Below are positions 9,813 to 20,416 of a stretch of DNA of 64,000 bases, piece after piece. Made by a program: the position numbers and the translations under genes. The notes beneath the pieces are model-generated. The model did not search any database, had not been told where the DNA came from, and was given only the letters and a program-made list of their open reading frames with translations. The stretch's first letter is position 1. Each line of letters starts with the position of its first letter. The DNA comes from Myxococcota bacterium (GTDB taxonomy: Bacteria > Myxococcota_A > Bradymonadia > UBA7976 > UBA1532): contig JAYZEG010000030.1 of assembly GCA_036337435.1 (NCBI GenBank), forward strand, positions 1-64,000, in the 5' to 3' direction.

Positions 9813-10430
9813 CTACAGCGAAATGCCCGCAAAGGCCATGAAACCGATGGCCATCAAGCCGGTTACGATGAAGGTGATCCCGAGGCCGCGAAGGGGTCCG
9901 GGAACATTACTGTACCGCATCTTCTCACGGATGGCGGCGAGCGCAATGACAGCCAACGCCCAACCGACACCACTTCCCAGACCAAAGACGGCACTTTCAC
10001 TAAAACTATAGTCACGCTCAACCATGAAGAGCGACGCGCCCAGAATCGCGCAATTTACTGCGATCAAGGGAAGGAAAATGCCGAGGGCCGAATAGAGAGC
10101 TGGCGCGTATTTATCTAACGTCATTTCAACGATTTGCACACTCGCCGCAATGGTCCCAATGAGAGCCAAAAAGTTTAGGAATGACAAATCCATGGCAGCC
10201 AACGAGTCAACACCCGTCCAGGAGAGCGCGCCCTCTCTGAGTAGGTAATTGTACATTAGATTATTAAGTGGGCACGTCACCCCGAGGACGAAAATGACGG
10301 CAGCACCAAGACCAATGGCCGTGTCGACTTTCTTTGATACAGCCAAAAACGAGCACATGCCGAGAAAGTACGCGAGTGCCATGTTCTCAACAAACATTGC
10401 CTTTACGGCTAGGCTTAATGTCTCTTGCAT
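9813..10430 (-). CDS. nqrE: Na+-NQR subunit E
   Basis: [35 protein letters not shown]; operon position. Confidence 0.96.
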   Translation of the reverse strand: MQETLSLAVKAMFVENMALAYFLGMCSFLAVSKKVDTAIGLGAAVIFVLGVTCPLNNLMYNYLLREGALSWTGVDSLAAMDLSFLNFLALIGTIAASVQIVEMTLDKYAPALYSALGIFLPLIAVNCAILGASLFMVERDYSFSESAVFGLGSGVGWALAVIALAAIREKMRYSNVPGPLRGLGITFIVTGLMAIGFMAFAGISL

Positions 10431-10433
10431 GAT

Positions 10434-11042
10434 CTACTCCGCCTCGATCTGGTCTGGCTTCCAGACTCGGTTCATCCAAATAAAGATTCCGATTAAGAAG
10501 AAAGCCCCAGGTGCCAGAACCATCAACCCGTTTGGTTGATACCAGTCGCCGAGGACAGTTACTCCGTAAATCTTCCCACTGCCAAAGAGTTCTCGGAAAA
10601 AGCCGACGAAAATAAGCACAATGCTGTACCCGAGGCCGTTACCTAGACCGTCGATGATGCTCATGCCCGGTCCGTTCTGCATCGCATAGGCTTCGGCGCG
10701 ACCCATAATGATGCAATTGGTGATGATCAGACCGACAAAGACCGACAGTTGCTTGCTGATCTCGTACATGAAGGCCTTCAAGACTTGGTCGGTGATGATC
10801 ACCAGCGACGCGATCACAGTCAATTGGACGATGATGCGAATGCTGGCTGGAATCAGATTACGCATCAGGCTGATGGCCAAATTACTGAGCGTCAGCACCG
10901 CGATAACGGCCGCTGACATAACCACCGAGGTCTCGAGCTTCGTTGTGACCGCCAAGGCGGAGCAAATCCCCAGGACCTGAAGTGAAATGGGATTGTCATT
11001 AAAAAGCGGGTCAATGAGCGCTTCTTTTTGCTTAGACGCCAT
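10434..11042 (-). CDS. nqrD: Na+-NQR subunit D
   Basis: [40 protein letters not shown]. Confidence 0.96.
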   Translation of the reverse strand: MASKQKEALIDPLFNDNPISLQVLGICSALAVTTKLETSVVMSAAVIAVLTLSNLAISLMRNLIPASIRIIVQLTVIASLVIITDQVLKAFMYEISKQLSVFVGLIITNCIIMGRAEAYAMQNGPGMSIIDGLGNGLGYSIVLIFVGFFRELFGSGKIYGVTVLGDWYQPNGLMVLAPGAFFLIGIFIWMNRVWKPDQIEAE

Positions 11043-11827
11043 TACTGTCCCTTTCTGACTTGAGCCAAATATGGTCCAAATCCATTGTCACCGAGCCAAA
11101 ACTGAAGCATGCCCGTCACACCTCGGCTTGTAATTGTCGCGCCCGAGAGGCCATCGATACCATATTGATCGCCATCTTTAGCTGGACCCTTGTTGACCTC
11201 GATCTTTGGTTTCCCAAGAGCCCCATTGGCAGCCATTTCAAAGGCCTTCTTTCCTGGCCAGAGACTCATCCAATTTGGATTTTCAATCTCCCCACCCAGA
11301 CCGGGTGTTTCTTGATGCTTGTAAAAGATGATTCCCTTGATGGTATTGGTGTCAGATGCAAGGGCGAAGTATCCGTACAATGGACCCCAAAGGCCTTTGC
11401 CATTCACCGGCAAAATCAGACGATCGAGTTTCCCATTTTTTTGACGCTCGTAAATCAGGGCATGCTTGGGAAGTCGTTTCGCACCCGCGGCATTCCGTGC
11501 TGGTGCCTCGATGCTCGTCGCTGGGTCCTTCGTGTATTTTTCCTGCTCGAAACCATCAGCCGAAATCTTGTCGTAAATTTGGCCCGTTTTAAGATCGATG
11601 ATCTTGGCAGTAATATTATTTTTGAAGAGCCGCTCGATTTCTTCGGGCGAGGTCTCTGAATTGGGATCGATCAAACCGCCGACAATAAGCACTTTCTTCT
11701 GCCTGTCGAGGACGGCGTTTTGGTCTTGCCGGTCTTTAAGCGAGACAGCGGCACCCGATACAAAGACGCCGCAAACCAAGCACACGACGGCTGCAAAGGT
11801 AATGATATAGCCTGAACTACGCTCCAT
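11042..11827 (-). CDS. nqrC: Na+-NQR subunit C
   Basis: [15 protein letters not shown], flavinylation motif [13 protein letters not shown]. Confidence 0.95.
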   Translation of the reverse strand: MERSSGYIITFAAVVCLVCGVFVSGAAVSLKDRQDQNAVLDRQKKVLIVGGLIDPNSETSPEEIERLFKNNITAKIIDLKTGQIYDKISADGFEQEKYTKDPATSIEAPARNAAGAKRLPKHALIYERQKNGKLDRLILPVNGKGLWGPLYGYFALASDTNTIKGIIFYKHQETPGLGGEIENPNWMSLWPGKKAFEMAANGALGKPKIEVNKGPAKDGDQYGIDGLSGATITSRGVTGMLQFWLGDNGFGPYLAQVRKGQ

Positions 11828-13061
11828 GACGTGCCAACCTCCGCTTTATGTTCGACTGGATGTAGAAGTGGTCGATGAATGGCGCGAACATATTCATGAA
11901 CAAAATGGCGAGCATAACGCCTTCAGGATACGCCGGGTTCACGACGCGAACCAGCACGATCATGATGCCGATAAAGAGCCCGTAGACCAGCTTGCCTTTT
12001 TCGGTAAACGCTGAGGTCACCGGGTCGGTTGCCATAAATACCGTGCCAAACGCAAAGCTCCCGACGACAAAATGCCAGTAATAAGGCATGTTGAACATGC
12101 CGTTGGTCTCAGACCCAATCCCATTGAGGATCAGGGACATGATGGTTGTCCCAACCACAACGCCAAACATCGTCCGCCAAGAGCCGATCTGAGTTGCGAT
12201 GAGAACCGCAGCACCAAACAAACACGCAAGGGCCGAGGTTTCACCCATCGATCCCGGAATAAAGCCAAGGAAAGATTGCATCCACTGCTCTCCTCCCATG
12301 CCATGACTTGCAAACACATCGCTGCCTGCCTGTCCAACCGATGCAGCTTGGGCGAGCCAAGTGGCACCTGAAGCACCGTCGGCTGCGGTGCTTAAATCCG
12401 CGGCAATCCAGGGCGCGTCGCCCGAGATATCAGCCGGGTAGGCAAAGAACAAAAAGGCTCGAGCCGTCAGCGCCACGTTCAGCACATTCATACCCGTGCC
12501 GCCAAAAACCTCTTTAGCAATGATGACGCCGAAGGTAATGCCCATTGCCACTTGCCACAGCGGAATCGTCGGTGGCAGCGTGAGTGGGAACAGAAATCCT
12601 GTGACCAAAAAGCCCTCGTTAATCTCATGCTTCCGGGCGATCGCGAAGGCAACTTCGACATGTCCACCGATCAAGAACGTCATTAAAAAGACCGGAAAGA
12701 AGTACAAGAAGCCGTGGAAAATGTTGGCACCTATACTGGTCGGGTCGTAGGCAAATAGCGAGGCATAGATGGCTTCTTGCCAGTTATGCAGCGGGGTAGC
12801 GCCCTGAGATATCCAATAGTTAGCTTGGTATCCCGTGTTGTAGACCGCCATACAAACGCAGGGCAGCAATGCGATCACAACGGTGATCATCATGCGCTTC
12901 AGGTCAAGGGCATCGCGGACATGAACGTCCCCCTTCGTGACCTCACCTGGGGTAAATAGCAGAGTATCATTGGCCTCGTAGAACGGGTAAAACGTCTCGA
13001 GGGGACCCCCTTTTTCAAAGAGTGGAGCCTGCTTGTCGAGGACCTTTCGTAGAAATTTCAT
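11817..13061 (-). CDS. nqrB: Na+-NQR subunit B
   Basis: [29 protein letters not shown] (FMN-Thr), [24 protein letters not shown] 13061 overlaps the nqrA stop (TGATG). Confidence 0.95.
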   Translation of the reverse strand: MKFLRKVLDKQAPLFEKGGPLETFYPFYEANDTLLFTPGEVTKGDVHVRDALDLKRMMITVVIALLPCVCMAVYNTGYQANYWISQGATPLHNWQEAIYASLFAYDPTSIGANIFHGFLYFFPVFLMTFLIGGHVEVAFAIARKHEINEGFLVTGFLFPLTLPPTIPLWQVAMGITFGVIIAKEVFGGTGMNVLNVALTARAFLFFAYPADISGDAPWIAADLSTAADGASGATWLAQAASVGQAGSDVFASHGMGGEQWMQSFLGFIPGSMGETSALACLFGAAVLIATQIGSWRTMFGVVVGTTIMSLILNGIGSETNGMFNMPYYWHFVVGSFAFGTVFMATDPVTSAFTEKGKLVYGLFIGIMIVLVRVVNPAYPEGVMLAILFMNMFAPFIDHFYIQSNIKRRLARHGA

Positions 13062-14428
13062 CAGCCTTCTTTCCACATTTCGTCAAGATTCCGTCTCAGG
13101 GCATGACCAAAGTCTTCCTTGCCCGGAGACACAAAAGTACAGAGTGCCAAGTCTTCTTCAGTCAGCTCAAGACAGCCGAGCGCTTCAGCGCGTTCAACGT
13201 CGTCTGCGCACAGAGCTCTCAGCAAGAAGGTTGGTAAGATATCGAGGGGCATGACGCGCTCGAACATGCCGATGGGCACCATCGCGCGGTGCGACCCATT
13301 TGTGTTGGTCGTCAGGGCGCGCGGTTTCTTGCTTTTGCCGAGTAAGCCAGATGCGAATGCGCGTACTGTCGAATACTTGTTGAATCCGGGTGCCAACCAA
13401 CCGAAAAACACACGTTCCCTGTCTTCGGCCAGACACGAGATTTGGTTGTGGTAGCGGCCCAGAAAACCAAATGTATCGCCTTGGGCACTGCGGCCGCCCA
13501 AAATTGAGCCGCTGATTTGTCTAATCTCGCGGTCCGCAACCAACTCATTTTCTGTGAGTTCATCGGTGCTGGCACCCATGAGGGTGCGGAGCATGCGTGG
13601 CGATTTGACAACCGGACCGCCGAGGGCAATCACCCGCGAGTTGTCCAGTTTGCCGGTTTCAAAGAGCGTCCCGATGGCAATGATGTCTTGCCACCCAAGA
13701 TGCCAGACCGCCTTGGAACGGCTTACGGGGTCGAGAGTGTGTATGTGCGTCCCGGGCAAACCCGCAGGATGCTTGCCACCGAACTGAGCGACTTCGACTG
13801 ACTCGGTGCTGGGCACTTTGCTGCCTGGGGCAACGCATAAATACGTCTTGCCGTCTGTGAGTTTGGCAACCGCGTCAAGACCCGCCTTGAAAGCACCTTC
13901 GTTCCCGCTTAAAGCAGCATCGATGGAGCCGGCCAGTGGGTGAGTGTCGATGGCGGTTACGAAGATGGCTGCCGCTTTGTCGTTCACTGAGGGGACGCGT
14001 CCGTATGGACGCGACCGCAGCGCTGTCCACAGACCGGACTCAGCCATTAAGTCAACGACATTTTCGTTGGTCAACGACTCTATAGCGGCTCCCGTATAAG
14101 ACTCAAAGTCGACTTGCTCACCAATTTCGCCGGCAGTGGCGAGTTCGATGACGATGGTTTGGAGAACGCGCCGTTCACCACGGTTAATGGCGGCGATGGT
14201 GCCTTCGACGGGTGCCGTGAAGCGCACTCCGTCTGATTTCCGATCCTCAAAGAGCAATTGCCCACATTTGACCGTATCGCCTTCGCTGACGGCCATTCTG
14301 GGTTTCATCGTCGGGTAATCAGCTGCCACGATTGCAACTCGTCTAATGGCCGGACCGTCGTCGATCCGGTCCGTTGGCTTACCTGTTATGGGCAGATCAA
14401 GACCACGCTTGATCATGTGGACGGCCAT
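13061..14428 (-). CDS. nqrA: Na+-NQR subunit A
   Basis: [54 protein letters not shown]. Confidence 0.96.
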   Translation of the reverse strand: MAVHMIKRGLDLPITGKPTDRIDDGPAIRRVAIVAADYPTMKPRMAVSEGDTVKCGQLLFEDRKSDGVRFTAPVEGTIAAINRGERRVLQTIVIELATAGEIGEQVDFESYTGAAIESLTNENVVDLMAESGLWTALRSRPYGRVPSVNDKAAAIFVTAIDTHPLAGSIDAALSGNEGAFKAGLDAVAKLTDGKTYLCVAPGSKVPSTESVEVAQFGGKHPAGLPGTHIHTLDPVSRSKAVWHLGWQDIIAIGTLFETGKLDNSRVIALGGPVVKSPRMLRTLMGASTDELTENELVADREIRQISGSILGGRSAQGDTFGFLGRYHNQISCLAEDRERVFFGWLAPGFNKYSTVRAFASGLLGKSKKPRALTTNTNGSHRAMVPIGMFERVMPLDILPTFLLRALCADDVERAEALGCLELTEEDLALCTFVSPGKEDFGHALRRNLDEMWKEG

Positions 14429-14981
14429 TGTGTCCCCTTTCGCAGTTGCTCGCGCGTGGTGCGCGCGAGGTCTCGCTTCTCTTTCTTTGTTTTTCGGTCG
14501 TTGGAGCCGATATCAGTCACTTTCAAAAATCCCCGGTACGGCACTCTCTGATCGCGATTGTCGTCCTTATAGCGGACTTTTATCAATTAGTCATTCCCCG
14601 GCAGTATGATCATCCGATCCAAATGCTCACGCGCGGGCCATGTGCCTCGATTAAACAGTTTACAAAGCTGCTTAATGCTTAGCGTTTTCCTTCATACCAT
14701 CAGACACAAAAAGAAGAAAATTCCGTGTATTTTTTTGTTAAATATGGCGCATTTTGTCGATTTAGGCCTCGCTAGCGGAGTACCGCGCTGACGTCTGACC
14801 GACGGACGACCCGTCGACGATGGGTCCATTTGGCTGTTGTTCATTGAGACATGGAGGCCCGGAGGCCGGTGCCCATATTGACCCCAGCGGATTGGGACTT
14901 GATCGGGCGCATCGCATCAATCAAGCTATGATCAGCGAGACAGACTTCATATGAACGATTAAGACAACGCCCGGGGCAAGA

Positions 14982-15398
14982 ATGAAAGTCGAAATAAAGC
15001 AAATTGAGGGGGTTACTTGGATGGTTTCAGGTCCGAGCGGCCATGGCTACGTGATCGACGGATCACCCGATATTGGTGGCCAAAATCTTGGTCCACGACC
15101 GATGGAGCTGGTCCTTGGCGGCTTGGGCGGATGTACAGCCATGGATATCATCTCGACTCTGAAGAAGCAGCGTCAAGACGTCAACGATTGCCGGATTGTT
15201 CTCGATGCAACACGTGCTGAAACCATACCCAAAGTCTTTACTCACATACACCTACACTACCATGTTTACGGTCGGCAGTTAAAAGAGAGTGCAGTCAAAC
15301 GCGCTGTTGAACTGTCGATGGAAACCTATTGTTCGGTGTCGAAAATGCTGCGAGCCACTGCTGAGCTTACATACGAATACTCCTGCCATGACGCATAA
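14982..15398 (+). CDS. OsmC/YhfA family protein
   Basis: GPRPMELVLGGLGGCTAMD and AVELSMETYCSVSKML, carrying the two conserved Cys. Confidence 0.9.
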   Translation: MKVEIKQIEGVTWMVSGPSGHGYVIDGSPDIGGQNLGPRPMELVLGGLGGCTAMDIISTLKKQRQDVNDCRIVLDATRAETIPKVFTHIHLHYHVYGRQLKESAVKRAVELSMETYCSVSKMLRATAELTYEYSCHDA

Positions 15399-15451
15399 AC
15401 TGCCGACAGCACACCCGAGACGAATATGCAAAAATACCGTTTGGAGGCTAG

Positions 15452-17254
15452 ATGATCATGGATGACTTTAGTCAAAATCTAGCCGGTGACCGGATGCTGG
15501 AGGTTCAGATATTCCAACGTTTAGAGCAACAGGCGCACATTCGGCTTTGCGAATTGGTTAGACTCAGAAGGTTGAGCCGAAATCAACATATTCTGCTGCT
15601 CGATGCAGCCTACCTGGAAGGTCGATTAAATCGAGAATTGGCTATTGAAATCGCCCGGGATCTTGCACTGGAATGGATTCCACCGGGGCCTCTCACCAGT
15701 ACATTGGGTGCTGAATACGATCAAAGTGCCTCCATGCTCGATGAAAGCGATTCCATGTTAGATGGAGTTCCTGACCTGATCGCGGCACCGCCAGCACTTC
15801 AACTCCCACCAAAAATTACATCGCAGCCTCAGCCAATTTCCGCTGACTCGATTCCGGTCGCATCGGAAACACAGCCCGGATATGGTTCGATTCTCGCCGA
15901 TGCGGCCCCCGTAGACTCGTTGGCCAGCGGGGATTCTCCCATCGACCAACTGAGAGCAAAAGCCGTGGCCAATGCCAACGCGATGTTCGAGATGTATGCC
16001 ACAGCAAAACCAGTGGTAGACAGCCCTGCCTTTGGCCGAACTCTTGGGTCGGCGATGCACGCTTTTGCTGTTCTTTCGGCGTCTTGTAAACTGAGTCGTG
16101 AAGACAGGCGTGTCATGCGCAAGCTTCTGGAAATTGGTCGCGAGCAGGCGCATCGTCTTAATCAGGACATCTGGGTCCATTTCTTTGGTACTTTTCTCGG
16201 TGAGGACGAGACATGGCAGGCAAGCGACACCGTGAAAGCTGTAGCCAAACTGCGGATTCGGATACAGCAGACGACAGGCCCTGTAGACCTCAACTTGTTG
16301 GACGTTAAGAAAGGGCTGGTGAACTCGACTCCGTTTCGGTCGTTTGACCACTCTGCTGGATTTGAACTCCCGCTTAGGCCGGGACAATACCAACTGAAAC
16401 TGTCCGTCGATGCAGGTGTCTACTCCGTGCCCATCGCATTCGACGGCACCAAAGACAAAACCATCCATATCCGGCGGCCAAAATCCTCTGTTGACCTGGT
16501 CGGCTACGCATTGATCTACGAGGGCAATAGCACCTTTGGCGGCGATCCGCTCGCCTGGCAGAGTCGCCCCGCAGAAGACCACTACCTCTCGTCGTTTTTA
16601 ATTGGTCGAAGTCCAATAAGCTGCGCCGAATATCAGGTCTTTCTAAACCAGTTGGCGCAGTCTCACGGCATTGATCATGCCGCTCTTTCGGTGCCGCGTT
16701 CAGAGGCAGACCAGCCCTATTGGCCATGTATAAACGGTGGTTTTCAAATCCCGGAAAACGATACTGAGGGAATCAGATGGGCCCCATCGCTCCCGGTCGT
16801 CGGGATCACACAAGCTGATGCCGAAACCTACTGCAGGTGGCTTGATGCGCGTTTCAATGAACGGCACCGTCTTCCAACAGAATTGGAATGGGAGAAGGCA
16901 GCTCGTGGTCCCAACGGATATGCATTCCCATGGGGCGATCGCTGGGACTCAAAATTTTGTCATTCGCGTAAGGCGACCATCGCGGCGGCAACCAGAAATC
17001 CGGGCATTGATTTCATCTACGACCAAAGCGTATACGGTGTTGCAGAAATGGCTGGACGCGTCAGCGAATGGACGTCAACAACCGATGGGGACTCAGCCAT
17101 CATCAAAGGTGGACACTGGTTGAGTGGCGCAATTGAATGTCGTGCTGCAAGTCGATTTACAGCCCAAAGTGCGATCCCAACACCTCACATCGGTTTTCGG
17201 GTTGTTCGCGAAATCAGCGAAAATGACTTTGAGGACATGGACACGCAACCGTAA
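15452..17254 (+). CDS. Protein with C-terminal FGE-sulfatase (SUMF1/EgtB/PvdO-type) domain and unassigned N-terminal half
   Basis: PVVGITQADAETYCRW, RLPTELEWEKAARG, FPWG, SVYGVAEMAGRVSEWT, KGG.W, IGFRVVR. Confidence 0.8.
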   Translation: MIMDDFSQNLAGDRMLEVQIFQRLEQQAHIRLCELVRLRRLSRNQHILLLDAAYLEGRLNRELAIEIARDLALEWIPPGPLTSTLGAEYDQSASMLDESDSMLDGVPDLIAAPPALQLPPKITSQPQPISADSIPVASETQPGYGSILADAAPVDSLASGDSPIDQLRAKAVANANAMFEMYATAKPVVDSPAFGRTLGSAMHAFAVLSASCKLSREDRRVMRKLLEIGREQAHRLNQDIWVHFFGTFLGEDETWQASDTVKAVAKLRIRIQQTTGPVDLNLLDVKKGLVNSTPFRSFDHSAGFELPLRPGQYQLKLSVDAGVYSVPIAFDGTKDKTIHIRRPKSSVDLVGYALIYEGNSTFGGDPLAWQSRPAEDHYLSSFLIGRSPISCAEYQVFLNQLAQSHGIDHAALSVPRSEADQPYWPCINGGFQIPENDTEGIRWAPSLPVVGITQADAETYCRWLDARFNERHRLPTELEWEKAARGPNGYAFPWGDRWDSKFCHSRKATIAAATRNPGIDFIYDQSVYGVAEMAGRVSEWTSTTDGDSAIIKGGHWLSGAIECRAASRFTAQSAIPTPHIGFRVVREISENDFEDMDTQP

Positions 17255-17413
17255 GCACGTGCGGCAGTCCGCCATTTTAACGCATCGACACGCCCGTATT
17301 CAGACAGCAGAATCAAACATGTTTGAGCGTTTGCGCCGGCAAACGAATAGTACGATTGTTTCATTGTTCTGATTACAGGTATGCTGCATCGGCAGCAGGC
17401 GAAAAGGGTGAGC

Positions 17414-19093
17414 ATGCACAATCTCGGACTCAAGAGACGACTCAATGAAATCGAGACTCGTCGCACGACTGAAAATCGTGGTCTTACATTGGTCGAAGTG
17501 CTGGTCGTGGTAGCCATCGTTGGCCTGCTGATGGCCGTTCTCCTATTCTATATGTTTCCGTCTGACGACGGACGTTGCCGAAGCGAAGCCAACCGACTCT
17601 CTGCATACATGACCGCGGCATGGGCAGAAGCTGTTATGCGAGATGGGCCCGCCCGAGTCGTCTTCGATCTATCAGCTCACTCGGCTGTCCGCGAAGTCAC
17701 TCGGGTCGGCGCAGACATCACGCGGTCTCTTTGGGAAAAGGACAAAAAAGTCGGACTTCATCAGGTCGAGCGTCCGGTCGTTATCGATTCAGTGAACACG
17801 ACCTCCGTTCCGAACCTTCAAGTCGGGCTCGGGTATATGACGTTCAATGGCCAACAAAGCGAAGGTGGCGTGATCGTGTTGCGTTTAAACGAGGCCATCT
17901 ATTCCGTGGTGGTTCCAGCCCGAGGTAAAATCAAGGTTGAGCGAGGGCGGTCCACAATTCCTAATTCGACAAACCTACAACGCCAAAAACTACCGGATTT
18001 AATGGGTTACAAATCAACACCGGGAAAATCAAAACCAGGCATGATTTCGGGGGGATTACCGCCGTCACAACCCATCACTCGCAGACCCGCAACGACCAGG
18101 AAGTCAACGGCTCGGCCTGCGACCAGCGCAAAAGATGTCAAAAAGATAGAACCAACACCCAATAGTGGTCCACAACCGGACGACTATCTACCTGGCTCTC
18201 CAGATTATCCATCATCTCCCGACCTGAGCAGTCTTCAACCACCGGTCGCGACTGACAAGACCGACCCCATCACAGAACCTGACGAGCCGGATGACAAACA
18301 AGAGCCAAATGAAAACGAAAACGGCCCGTGCCAAAGCTATACAGATTGCTTAGATGATGGACCGTGGCGTCAATGCATTGCCGGTTCATGCAGAGTCAAT
18401 CCGTATGGCCGAACATTAATGCTGTCCAATGTACAAACCCAAGAACCATCTCAACTAGGTCAGGTTCTTGATGCGCTCATGAGTGACCTGATTGCGGAGG
18501 GTGAGATTAATTTAATGCTCAACTTATCTCAACCCAATCTGTGGTTGGTACAGGGTCGACGAAGTGGCAGTTTCGCAGGGTTACCTAAGTATGGACAGAG
18601 CGAAGATTTTCCGACCTACCGCAGCGAAGCAACGCTGATCTCCGGCTGCGATGCGGGCATATGCACGGCTACATTTCGGCCTGATACAGACGACCAATCC
18701 ATGACTCTCTATGTGAGAGACAGATCGGTAGACGATGACGCCCAGGCCTGCAAATACCAGCCCTTGACGCTCATTGATGTCTCAATTTTAGCCGCCATCA
18801 ACGTTCAGAAACAGCCGGGCATTGTGGGCGAGCAGCTGCCCGGGGCGACAATGACTATTCGGGGCACCTTACGCGAATCTGCAGCAAGACAATTTGATGT
18901 CACGTCGAGCGAAAATCTCTTAGAGACATTGGAACGGTTTAGCGTAACAGCCAATGCAGATACCGTTGGCGACGGAGTGAATGACGGGTGGGAGTTTATA
19001 TTCCAGGGGGCCGCTCAGACGGTTTACTTCGAAGATGACCCCACGGCGAGCGCAGAAACCGTGCCGGAGTATTGCGACCAGAGTGATGAATAA
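17414..19093 (+). CDS. Prepilin-type N-terminal cleavage/methylation protein (GspH/FimT-like head) fused via a Pro/Asp-rich linker to a Cys-containing C-terminal domain
   Basis: Class III signal RRTTENRG|LTLVEVLVVVAIVGLLMAVLL with Glu at +5. Start at ATG 17414 (or 17381). Confidence 0.8.
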   Translation: MHNLGLKRRLNEIETRRTTENRGLTLVEVLVVVAIVGLLMAVLLFYMFPSDDGRCRSEANRLSAYMTAAWAEAVMRDGPARVVFDLSAHSAVREVTRVGADITRSLWEKDKKVGLHQVERPVVIDSVNTTSVPNLQVGLGYMTFNGQQSEGGVIVLRLNEAIYSVVVPARGKIKVERGRSTIPNSTNLQRQKLPDLMGYKSTPGKSKPGMISGGLPPSQPITRRPATTRKSTARPATSAKDVKKIEPTPNSGPQPDDYLPGSPDYPSSPDLSSLQPPVATDKTDPITEPDEPDDKQEPNENENGPCQSYTDCLDDGPWRQCIAGSCRVNPYGRTLMLSNVQTQEPSQLGQVLDALMSDLIAEGEINLMLNLSQPNLWLVQGRRSGSFAGLPKYGQSEDFPTYRSEATLISGCDAGICTATFRPDTDDQSMTLYVRDRSVDDDAQACKYQPLTLIDVSILAAINVQKQPGIVGEQLPGATMTIRGTLRESAARQFDVTSSENLLETLERFSVTANADTVGDGVNDGWEFIFQGAAQTVYFEDDPTASAETVPEYCDQSDE

Positions 19094-19228
19094 GCGCATG
19101 GCCAAAAATGTCACACCGCTCGATTTAAGCGACTAAAAGGTTAAATGAAGGTGAAATGCACTGACGCTTTACAGTAAGATACCCTGTCTACTTGTCTACG
19201 CTAAACTCTAGAACTGAGGAAAACCAAG

Positions 19229-20293
19229 ATGAACATCCAATCTCAAATCATCATCGCATGCGTGATCGCCGGCGTTGCCCTGGGCTGCGGCGACGATTCG
19301 TCAGGTGCGAGCAACAATAACGTCCAAGATGCGGAAATCAACGCAGATGGGTCTATTGCAGATGGATCTATCGCAGATGGACAGACAAACCAGGATGCCG
19401 CTGGCGACGCAAGCGTCGTTGAAGCCGATGCCGACAGCACCGATGTGGGTGTGATTGCCGACATGAATATTGCCGACGCTGCTGTAGACATGGCACCCCC
19501 CGATATGGGGCCAGACCCAGTTGTCGTACCTGACGTCGATTGCATGGAAGATGATGCATGTGCAGCTTTCGAGCGCTGCATCAGCAATGTCTGCCAGCTG
19601 GATCCTCGCCCAGATGTTTTCGTGGTCAACACAGTCCGTGTCACGGAGCCCGAAAACTCCGCTGGCCTTCTTCAGGGCGCTCTACAAGGGATTATTCAGG
19701 CAAACCAACTCAACCTCATGATCGAACCGGGCGGCTATCAAGCGGACGGCAACTACCGCTGGTACGTAGGGAATGGCGGCTTGCGCGACGGCGCATATGA
19801 TTACTTAGGGCGCTACCCAATTCAAAACTTTGATGGTTTTTGGCGTCAGCCGGTCGAAGGGGTTCGATATTGGACCATGGAAAATGATACGCCATTTGTT
19901 CTCAACGTTCCGGCCGGTCAAGTTCAAACCGCTGAGGGTGTGGTATCCTGCATGACCGCATTTAATGTCACCGTCGAGATTTCCATTACACCGAGTACCG
20001 ATGAAATGGGTAATCCACGACTTGAAATGACCTTGTCAGGTTATCTACTGGAAAGTGATGCACGAACAGTCAACTTCCTATTTAACGGCGTAGAAGTCTC
20101 TCTAACGAGCCTCCTCGAAATGACCGATCTAAATCTCGATACGGATGGCGATGGCATTCCCGATGCATATCCCTTCGATTTCTCTGGAACGGCAGCGGCC
20201 GTTACTTTTGTCGGCGACCCACCCGCTATGGATGGCAGTAACCGTGACCCTCGACCAAATGTACAAAACCCGCCTGAATGCGATGAACGCTAA
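19229..20293 (+). CDS. Hypothetical lipoprotein, paralogous to the C-terminal domain of the upstream prepilin protein
   Basis: GAGG RBS; lipobox VALG|C; acidic DA/DM linker; Cys motif CMEDDACAAFERCISNVC; Ca-binding-like DTDGDGIPD. Confidence 0.85.
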   Translation: MNIQSQIIIACVIAGVALGCGDDSSGASNNNVQDAEINADGSIADGSIADGQTNQDAAGDASVVEADADSTDVGVIADMNIADAAVDMAPPDMGPDPVVVPDVDCMEDDACAAFERCISNVCQLDPRPDVFVVNTVRVTEPENSAGLLQGALQGIIQANQLNLMIEPGGYQADGNYRWYVGNGGLRDGAYDYLGRYPIQNFDGFWRQPVEGVRYWTMENDTPFVLNVPAGQVQTAEGVVSCMTAFNVTVEISITPSTDEMGNPRLEMTLSGYLLESDARTVNFLFNGVEVSLTSLLEMTDLNLDTDGDGIPDAYPFDFSGTAAAVTFVGDPPAMDGSNRDPRPNVQNPPECDER

Positions 20294-20416
20294 CAGAAGC
20301 AGTCTGTTGTCTGACCAGCAACCAGACGGGCCTGTCGAGGCTGAGTTGCCGGCTTGACCGAGCACACGGGTTGGCGAGGGTTAAGAACACTCAACCCTAG
20401 ACCAGGCATCGACCTA

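Noticed and set aside
14760..14940. Short hairpins between nqrA and the OsmC gene as a riboswitch or 6S RNA
   Set aside because: No conserved motif of any RNA family I know; the stems are short and compatible with chance.
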